Assembly: GCA_035084275.1 (NCBI GenBank)
Contig: CM068742.1
Span: 142,476,001 to 142,540,000 of the forward strand
Length of the DNA stretch: 64,000 nucleotides
Origin: Hydrolagus colliei
Taxonomy: Eukaryota
Direction of reading: 5' to 3'
In this document: piece after piece, positions 54,634 through 64,000 of the stretch
How positions within the stretch are numbered: the stretch's first letter is position 1
Layout: each line of letters opens with the position of its first letter
Made by a program: the position numbers and the translations under genes
Notes under the pieces: model-generated
The model's input: the letters and a program-made list of their open reading frames with translations, nothing else
Database searches by the model: none
What the model was told of the DNA's origin: nothing

Positions 54634-55688
54634 CTGTAATGCGAAGCCAAAAATGTTACGGAATTAGTTAAAAGAGACATAAAATTAACTGTGCTGTGAA
54701 TAAACATGCAAAAGGAACTTCTAAAACAGGTGAATCTTTGTAATACGAATTGAAATAATATCTTGTATAAATTAAAACGATCCAAACAAGGTTGTTTTTC
54801 CCTACAGGTCTGAAGCGTTGAACCTTATACACATCAGGGAGTTCAAAAGACATCAGAAAAGAATTCCCTCGGAAATATTTTGAATGTTTTGTCTGATAAG
54901 ATACGTAATATCTTATGAGAGGACGTCCTCTCGATGTGAAAGGCGCTAAATAAATGTAAGTTTTGATTTGATTGATTGAATGTAACATTTGGGGCAATTC
55001 GCAGCTGTACATTTTCGACTAGTCCACAAATAACATAAACAGCAAAAGGTATCACAGCTATTTGGAATCCAAATTCAATCAGGAATCAGTCCAAAGGTTT
55101 GCATTTCTCCTCCAGCATTCAACTTCCGGTGGGGGGTGGGGGGTGGGGGGGTGAGAGGGAGATTCCACCTTGATCAGGATTTAGCCTTGTTCTATAGCAT
55201 TTTAGAGCATCCAGAAATTGAGTCAATCTACTGAGATGGAATCTAGATTTTCTACCCACTGCTGTTATTGACACTGCCAAGATGATGCTTCTGTGATTCC
55301 TGTAACACTGTTGCAGGCTTTTTTGGAATTCTCTTGATTTTGTTAAATCACGACATGGGAAATTTGCGGCACTGGTTAGAAGAGATTTGAAAATGTGGCT
55401 TTGTTTCTACAGCACTATTGGAGATATCCCTATCCTCATGTCTAGTCTTAGCATATAAAACAACATTCTGCACTGTGTATAAGGTTCAGTCCTGTTTCAG
55501 AGCAATTTAGTATTGTTTAGTGCAAATTATGCTAACAACAAACAGGTAAAAATAGTGATGATACAGCAAAGGAAACTATCAGGAACATGCTGTAAATTAG
55601 AATTAAACAAAGAAGTGGTGGAATAAGGGGTGTCTAGACAAAAAAAAACTTTTTTTTTGTCTAGTTGGGATATTGTTGCACCACTTAC

Positions 55689-55694
55689 CATAGC
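55689..55694 (-). CDS. UNC13B: 6-nt microexon (Ala-Met)
   Basis: tatgtgcag|GCTATG|gtaagt between ...VSDL and SLVQ...; gives the VSDL-AM-SLVQS sequence recalled from Munc13-1. Confidence 0.88.
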
Positions 55695-55912
55695 CTGCAC
55701 ATAAGGAACGATTGCATACAAAAGAATTATAATATGTTATTGTTGAGATCAACTAGTCAGTTGGTAATAGAAGTTATATAATAATGTTATTTAACTAGTG
55801 GAAAGCACCTGGTCGATAAATTGTAATCTTGTAAAATATGAAAAGCTAGGTTTATCTCACTTTGCTACCTAGATCATGTCACAATTCATCAGCAAATCTG
55901 GATGTTATTGTA

Positions 55913-56662
55913 CAGTAAAAGCCTGTTTATCCGTGACCCGATCAACCATAATTTCCGTACAACCGGCACCTCAAAAAAAAGGTCCCCATTCGATTAACCA
56001 GATCTTAACCGGTACAATGTATCAGTATTTTTGAATTCTGCTACTAGTGCCTGAAGGTGGTGCTGCCGGGTTTTTTTCCCTCACAGAGTACAGTACGATT
56101 ACCTCTGAATGCTGCTGTAGTGCACTTGCGGGTTTGAGAGAGAGGCAGGGAGAGAGAAAGGGTGGGGAGTGGGGGGGAGAGGGAAAGAGGTGGGTGGGAG
56201 AAAGAGAGGGAAAGAGGGAGGGAGAAAGAGAGGGGAGTGGGAGGGGGAGAGAGAGGTGGGAGAGAGAGAGGTGGGGGAGAGAGAGGGGGTGAATTGATTA
56301 ATTTAGATGGAAAATGAGAGGAGTGTTGGTTTTGGAGCCATTGAGATGCCAGACTGACTGTGTGTGTGTGTATGTGTGTGTGGGAGAGAGAGAGAGAGAA
56401 AAAAAAATGAGTATCCCTGTGATTGTGTGCTGTGTTTATAGACTGTAATCGATATTTGTTGCTTTATTGGTCAGTATCCATACAATATTCTGTTACTATT
56501 TAGTCTATTATTAATATGGTATGTTTAAAAAAAGTAATATATTTATTTTTAATTTTAAAAAATTGTGCTGGGTTTTCGGCAGCTGGCTACCCAAATATCC
56601 GGCACTCGCTTTAACTGCCATTGGCCATGTCCTGAGCGTGCCGGATAAATGGGCTTTTACTG
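55913..56662 (+). mobile_element. Non-autonomous Tc1/mariner-pogo (Tigger-like) element
   Basis: TA|CAGTAAAAGCCTGTTTATCCG ... CGGATAAATGGGCTTTTACTG|TA terminal inverted repeats with TA duplication. Confidence 0.88.
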
Positions 56663-58260
56663 TATTTAGAATCCCATCTCAAATTCTCATTAAGTTAATC
56701 CACCATTTTTAAAGTTCGTGTCTATTTAGATGATTTTAAGCACATGAAAAGACACTTATTTTTATGGAATTCAAATATTTTTGGATAATTTCACTATTCT
56801 GATCAAGACAATGTGCATGCTTTGAAACTGGCGAATACTTCTTTTAAACGGTTAATTAAAAACAATTGGCAAACAATAATGCGTTAATGTAAAGCAATGT
56901 TAGTGTTAAATCAATAACAGATTGCTAAAGAATTATTTAGAATCCCTGTGTAACATATTCAGTACATTATAAAATTCCCTGAGTTTGTGTAACACATTGC
57001 AGCAAGCTAAAAGGAGACAATACATAACTAATTGACCACAGGAAACACTTCATCATTATAAAGAAAGGAATCCACGTAGAAAGGCAGATTGAGAAATACA
57101 CAGGTACATTAAGATAGAAAATAAATACATTTTTAAACTATAGATATTTTCAGCCTCAAGAATCTTAAAAAGAAATCAAGTGAATGCAGCTAGGTGCTGC
57201 TTTGACCTAAAAATTTGTTTTCTATATTGGTACTTAGTAAAAACAATATATTAAGGAGGTGAGGGTGTAACTGGTGGAAAAATGAAACAATGTGTGCTAG
57301 GAATCTATGGAGGAATAAACACTCTTGCTCAAGTGATTGTAAGGTGCAGGAAGATACTTTTAACACAATGGTCACTCTGCTTGAAGTGAGGTTCCCTGCT
57401 TGAGATGTCTGCAAGTGGAATAAAAAGTGCTCAAACCTGCAGACTTCAAAGGTCTATTCTTAATCTGTAAGACCATATGTCTTAACAGTTAAGATATCTT
57501 AGAATTGTATAAAATTCCTAGATTCAGTCTTAATTTGGAAGTTGTTTTTTTTCACATATTTTGCAAAGAACTGGCTTCCAAACCCAAGTCTCAATTTAAG
57601 CATTTATCACAACTCTGCTTGATTTGAAGACAAAATAGTTTTATAGGTTAAGACCCTACAGAATTTTGAGCTTGATACGCTAAGAAACAACTTGCATGTG
57701 CTCACTTGGCTATCAAGTGTGTTGAGTTACATTAAGTTTCCAACATTTTGATGGAGAACAAGGATGGATGTTGGAGATGAGGTGCCAGGATCGAAGATTT
57801 GGGAACTAGTTTTGATCAAACCCATCCTACATTTATATTACAACAATTCAGTATGCTTCACAGATCAGCTTCTGAAATGACCTTGCCAGGTAGGTTCTAA
57901 ATCCATTTCCTTTCACATAACCCAAACCTATACAGACTCCATTGTTCATTGCAAAACACACAATATGAACCAAGGCTTATTGTACTGTATTGTTTTTCCT
58001 CCCCAAAGTGGCCTGAAGCACAGAAGCTGGCCAAAACTATAAGGCAAAATCTTGGTTGAAATGCAAGTCACGTTCTCCCTGGAATCCCCCAAATAAAAGC
58101 ATCTGGATTTTCTCTAAGTCAACAGTTAACAAAATTAGAACTCAAAACAGGGGGGAGAGGCAGAATTACCAACAGCAGTTTTTAAAAAAATCTATTGTAA
58201 GTACATATAGGATCCCTTATAACATAAGTACATTTATTTGGGGAAAGAAGAAAAACTCAC

Positions 58261-58339
58261 CAAATCGCTAACAAGTGGAATGGGTTTTTTCTTCCGGAGG
58301 TCTGGCATGCTGTCAATACCAAACAGGCCACCTCCAGTC
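58261..58339 (-). CDS. UNC13B: UNC13B exon [26 protein letters not shown]
   Basis: cag|...|gtgag, 79 nt; conserved Munc13 motif IDSMPDLR. Confidence 0.95.
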
Positions 58340-59324
58340 CTGTAAAACACAAAAAGTATTCAGATTTGCGACATCACCATGCATATGCACAGGAAGCATT
58401 GCTGCAGTCACTGCTTTTGTGAAGTGACATCAGCAATGCTTTCTGCAGCTAGCATGTACACATCAAATGGGATGATATCAGCATTCATCCAGTGCATTGT
58501 GTGCACACGCAAATTGACATGTGTCAACCTGACAACCTGTAAATTGGTCATTTGTTAAGTATGGGGGTATGCTAGTCAGCACCAGAAGCAGATTGGACCG
58601 CACCTCCAGTAAGCACAGACCCATACTCTTATGCAAACCCAGACTCTACCAGGACATTCTAACAGTGTTGCTCTGGAATCATAAAAGACATGGACTCTTA
58701 AGCAAAAAAGTTGCACCGATAAATCCTTCTCTTTGTGCAATCCTTACTAATGGACTTAAACCTCAGAGGTCAGGCTTCTCCACACAGCAGGATAAGCTGA
58801 TATGGTACATTACCTCAACTTTCCCTAAGGGAGTATTTGAGAGATTGTGGTTGAGTGTGTGGTGATCCAAACACTCAACCTTCAAGCAACTTAGTGCACA
58901 TCAAAAAACCTTGAAAAGATTCCCTGAGTACACGTATGCATGTGGAGGTAGATTATGTTGGAGTGGAGTTCCCATGGTTTAGCACTTTGGTACCTGACGA
59001 AGCTCTCAATTAAGGAATCGCATGAAGAAATAACTCAACACTTTGAATCTGTAGCTGTCTGCCAGGAGTCGCAACCTCCACCATGCATCACAAAAGAGTT
59101 ATACAGTACAGACAATGGGTCTGTACTGTATAACAATTAACCTTTCAAATAGATTAGCTGAAAATAAACTACACTTTTGCAAATAACATATTCCAGAATA
59201 GTAATAAATACACAAAGCAGAGAATGAACAGAGCTAATGCATGCAGTGTTGCACTAACAGTTGCACATAAGAAATAGACCAAACAAGACAAGCAGCAGAT
59301 TTATGTAAAAAACCACAATAATAA

Positions 59325-59500
59325 AATTGGTCATTTCAATCCACAACTGTTTGTGGGAACACTGCTGTGCGCAATTGGCTGTCGTGTTTCGCCCACAAAT
59401 ATACAGTTAATTCACTTTACAATATATACTATGAAGCACTTTGAGACGTCGATAAAATGTGAAAAGCGCTATATTCAAATGCAAGGATTATTATTATAAT
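59325..59500 (+). mobile_element. 5'-truncated SINE, same family
   Basis: Core plus AAATGCAAGGATTATTATT tail. Confidence 0.8.
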
Positions 59501-59509
59501 AACCACATC

Positions 59510-59935
59510 ATATCAAGGCCCTCATTTTCAAGGCCCTCAATGGCCTTGCCCCTTCCTACCTCTGTGACCTGCTAACCCCATATCAACCTGTCTGCTCCCT
59601 CCAATCAGCAGGCTGTGGCCTGCTTCATATCACAGACCTCCAGACCGGAATGGCACGATACAAATGTAATCTACCGTCGGCCTCAAGAACTGCTACAGTC
59701 TAGCTCTGGTTCACTGTTTTCCCTAATTATTCTTCACAGTTGCCTGGATTTGAGAAAAACAGGCTTCAAGATATTGGTCTTGAAGCCTCCTTCAAGACCA
59801 ATATCTTTGACTGTGCCTCTGACTACCCTCCTACCCTCCCTGTCCCCCAACCTCTCTGATCCCAATCACCCCCCACAACTGCCCTGTGCCTTGGGACTTC
59901 CTCCAGACCTGAACGGCACTATACAAATGTAATCT
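59510..59935 (+). mobile_element. L2 3' fragment with internal duplication
   Basis: FKALNGLAPSYLCDLL-like sequence and tail. Confidence 0.7.
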
Positions 59936-60533
59936 ATCGTCGGCCTCAAGAACTGCTATAGTCTAGTTCTGGTTCACTGTTTTCCCTAATTATTCTTCAC
60001 AGTTGCCTGGATTTGAGAAAAACAAACTGCTCCTGTCACACACCATTCAATAGATAAGAAATGTGTTTTCCACGCTTATTGTTTCTTGTGTCATTCTAGA
60101 ATAAATTAAACGCATTTGATTTCTGATGCCTGTTGTTCATAACTATAACAGTGGTCAATCCATTCGAACATTGTGGTTAGGCCAATCCTGCCATTGATGA
60201 TAATAATAATAATCTTTGCATTTAACATTGTGCCTTATGTGCCTATTGAGACGACTCAAAGCACTTCACAGGATTTGAAAAGTGGAGTGACAGATTATTA
60301 GTTAAAATTGGGTGATAACAGTTTCTTGCTGGAAGCTGGAAGGATATTATACATAACTCAAAAAGGTGGCCATAATTGTTTATCCTTGCAAATCTCGAAT
60401 TTCATCCCATAGGATTCACTGCTCTGCAAGAATACAGACAGAAATAGTCCAACAAAACAAAATTGCTATTTAGTCAATAGATTTGATACACTTATTTGTG
60501 TGATTTGCTCTCATCAAAAAAGGAATGACTTAC

Positions 60534-60577
60534 CCTCCTTTAAACCAAGGCGGTTTTGATGGATCATCTCCCCCAGC
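60534..60577 (-). CDS. UNC13B: UNC13B exon AGGDDPSKPPWFKG(G), linker after the calmodulin-binding region
   Basis: tag|GCTGGG...GGAGG|gtaag, 44 nt, phase 0 to 2, matches the next exon; WFKG recalls Munc13 SLWFKG. Confidence 0.85.
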
Positions 60578-63335
60578 CTAGTGTTTCACAAAAATGAGCG
60601 AACGAAAAATAAATAAGTTATTTACAAATCAGAACAAAATGACACAATATTCAGGATGTCAATGCATTTATAATACAAAACAGGTCATGGTGTTACAATA
60701 TTCTGTTTCCATATGTATTTGATACACAAATTTCTCACAAATTGTGGCAAATAATCACAGAGACAATACAAAACAGGCAGAGGAATTAATTTTAAATAGA
60801 ATTTCATCCATATCACTGGAGATTAAAGGGTTATTCAGTCACTGGATCTTTCCATTGATAAATGGATATATTTCAGAAAGAAATAAAACATGTTAATGAC
60901 ACCTTAAATCTACATTATTTAACGTTACAGCAGAAAGAAATTCTAAAGAAAAACGTGCCCTTTTGCACGGCAATAGATGAAAAACGCAATTGAAGATATT
61001 ATTATGGGCAATGTTATTGTATTGATATTAGAAGAAGTATTCGTTATTTTAGGTATTACATCATTGCTGAAAGCAAAGCCCTGAATACCTGTAACCTGTG
61101 ATTTGCATTTCCCAACAACTGGCCATAATCTCTGCCTCATCATGAACTGCACAAGACCACTGGCAACAACTCTCAACAGCTATCAAAGTCTCATTGCTCC
61201 AGAAGGAACATTTCCCATTACAGAATCAAATTGTTTTTAAATAAGTCTAATGTGTTGACTGATACCACTCTCCCTGGTAACTCTAGCCACATTTTCATGA
61301 CTCTGTGTTAAGATATACTTCCTGATGCCTGTCCTAAATTTACCTTTAATAATCCTGTCTGGTGCTTTCTTGTCCAGCTGTGCAGTACATCTGTTCATGG
61401 TTTATTTTATATATCTCATTTATCATCTTATATAGCTCAATACGGTTCCCTCTGAAACATCTCTTTTCAAGGCTGAGAGCCCATCTTATCTTGTTATTCC
61501 TCAAAACATATTCCTCATACACTTGAGAGTTTTTGTGTTCTGAATCTCCCTTGGGTAACGTAAATGTTAAGCAATAAAAATCGGAGATCTGTACCTGACA
61601 AAAATATTTATGTGGCCAAGTCCTTCATCTCCCACAAACGTAAGCACTGCACATTAGTGATAATCTTTGTGCACTTAGCAACAATGCCAGGCTGCAGCTG
61701 GTGAAATGCTGAAGAAATAATTGTACAACGCCACCAGTGGGAATGGACTTCCTACCTTCTCTCTCCCTACTCTACCTGAGCCTTGTTGGGCAAATCCCTA
61801 CCAACAATACAGGCAGAGAAAATAGTAATTTTTTTTCAGCTTCTATATCAGCCTGATGAAGCAGCTTTAGCGTGAAATCTAAAATCAAATCACAGGTTAT
61901 ATGAAACAGCTTCAACTCGAGCACTTAGAAATCACCCACTTACATAAGTGTTCCGAAAAACAAGCACTTTCTGAGCACTTTCAATCAACGTACAACAAAC
62001 TCATTGATACATCTCAAACACTGGAAAAATCCTGGACTTTTGCACAATGTAATGAGTGATGTCAGTGAGCAATGCAGTGACAAAATGACATGCAAGACAA
62101 CGGCAATGTATAACATGTGTATGTTTAATGCAAATACACCAACAAGAAATAGTTTAACCTGTCCATCTGCTGTACACCCTTCTGAAAAGAGAGAGCAAGG
62201 GAAAAGATTATTAGTGCAGATAATATCTTTCTTGTATTACACATTATTATTGGAATATTCCAAGTATTCTGCAATATTTTAATTGCTTCCCTTTTTAAAA
62301 CCATTTTATTCTACTCCTTCCTCCCGGCAGGTGGATGGATGAATGTTCCAATCCAACCCATTTTCCAAGATTATTAATAAGTACTTCAATTATGTTGACT
62401 GCCACTTCCATTCTTCTGAACACTTAATTAGATTTGATATCCATGAGAAAAGTTAATCAGATTTTCCACACTGAAATCGGGTAGCCATGTTTCAGTTTCA
62501 AACATATTAACACACACTCATTTCTTTACGACACACCATGAATTAGTTTTGTTTTGCTTCAAATAAATAAAACAAATGTTGCAATGACATTTTAGCTCCA
62601 CGAAACAAAAGATGATATTTCAACAAACTTTATAAACTGGACATCTTTTCCAATTAATATGTAAATAAATGCCAAAAGAACACCCACACACTGCTTCACT
62701 GCTATAGAATTGCTCATCAAAATGAATTTCAAACCAAGCTATTAGTAGGTTTTAATCAGATAATACATGAAGGACTTTGAGGTCAATGTTGTCTCACATA
62801 GAAATGTACGGTAAGCACGAGGCAACTAAAAACCCAGAGGCCATTTCCCAGTTATTTGTAGGGACAGGGAGCAGTGCATCTATACCGAGCAAATATATTC
62901 TATGTTTTCATAAAGTGGCAAAAACAATAGCTGCAATACTCTGACTCTCATCTTATGTTTCAACTTGAAGATGAACACTACTTTTTTTAAAAAATCCTTA
63001 ATTACATTGTGCCTTACAATTTATTTTGATTTAATTTGTGACTAAGCAATGCTACAACACATCCCAGTGAAGTCTCATACAGATTGTACTCTTTCCGCCA
63101 ATTCTGTTTCAGCTCTATATTTGACCAGCAAGTTTACAAATACACTATAATGCACCAGTTATATACTGCGGAATTAGTGACAGCTGCATACAATTCATTA
63201 AAAGCAGAGATCACTATTCAAGTATCTATGTTTATTCTATGTTCTTATTTAATTATCAAGATTCTAGCAATTTACAAATTTAGGAATAGCACATTGTAGC
63301 TCCAAGAGTATGTCACGGAATGAAAGGTTAATCAT

Positions 63336-63630
63336 GGAGCTCAGTGGTTAATGCACTCGCCTTGCAAGCGAGAGACCTGGGTTTAATTCTTGGCAGGGCA
63401 AAACCTGCAAGTTTCCTCATTCCTCAAACCTGATAACAATCCCTCAAAAAAAAATTGGCCATTTCAGTGCATGACTGTTTGTGGGACACTGCTGTGTGCA
63501 ATCGGCTGCCACATTTTATCCACAAATATAGTCAATTCACTTTACAGTATATTCTACGAATTTCTTTGAGATATCTAGAAGACATGAAAAGCGCTATAGC
63601 AAATACAAGGATTATTCATTATTTATTTAT
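63336..63630 (+). mobile_element. Full-length SINE, same family
   Basis: GCTCAGTGGTTAATGCACTCGCCTTGCAAGCGAGAGACCTGGGTTTAATTC head, core and tail. Confidence 0.87.
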
Positions 63631-64000
63631 TTATTTAATGCCCAAGCCAATGGCTAATCATATTTGTGGTATCATGAGGAAGCAGAGTAGATTTCATATG
63701 GTTCCTAAGAAGCACACCTTGTAACGTAGAGCATCACTCAGACCTGGGAGAAGCATTGCCTTCACAGTTCTCAGCCCAGGTACATTAGGCAAAGATCAAA
63801 GAGGAAAAACCACTCAGTGCTTCATAAATAATCCAATGAACAACTTCACTTGGAATATTTACTTAATATCACAAAATATAACTTTCCTCTGGGAGGTTTA
63901 ACACATTACATGTTCTTCAATATTTTGAAGATATCTTGATCCAGATTGTGTAGTTTGATGTCAGCGCCTTGGGACGTCCTTCAGACGTGAAAGGCGCTCT

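Noticed and set aside
61854-61880. Hammerhead-like CTGATGA...GAAA
   Set aside because: Stem II and flanking stems cannot be formed convincingly
63336-63410. tRNA gene (also ~45720-45792 and ~13070-13140)
   Set aside because: Degenerate tRNA-like SINE heads contiguous with SINE core and tail

Overview
Vertebrate genomic DNA; the L2/CR1 LINEs, tRNA-derived L2-tailed SINEs and Penelope-like remnants suggest a cartilaginous fish (inferred, not proven). The whole window lies inside one minus-strand gene, UNC13B (Munc13-2). I traced 27 phase-compatible GT-AG coding exons from just upstream of the C1 domain through C2B and most of the MUN domain, including two 6-nt microexons (AM at 55689-55694, TI at 14168-14173). 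The gene runs off both ends. The introns are full of LINE, SINE and MITE remnants. The standout is a ~1.4-kb insertion (11477-12869, antisense to UNC13B) that splits a SINE in two. It has three 5' hairpins, then fused fragments resembling three unrelated host genes (PEBP4, UQCC2 N-terminus, histone H2B C-terminus) with an apparent A-to-G bias, then two SINE core domains and an L2-type 3' tail. It looks like a gene-capturing composite retroposon. Homology calls come from recalled protein sequences, not database searches; repeat boundaries are approximate.
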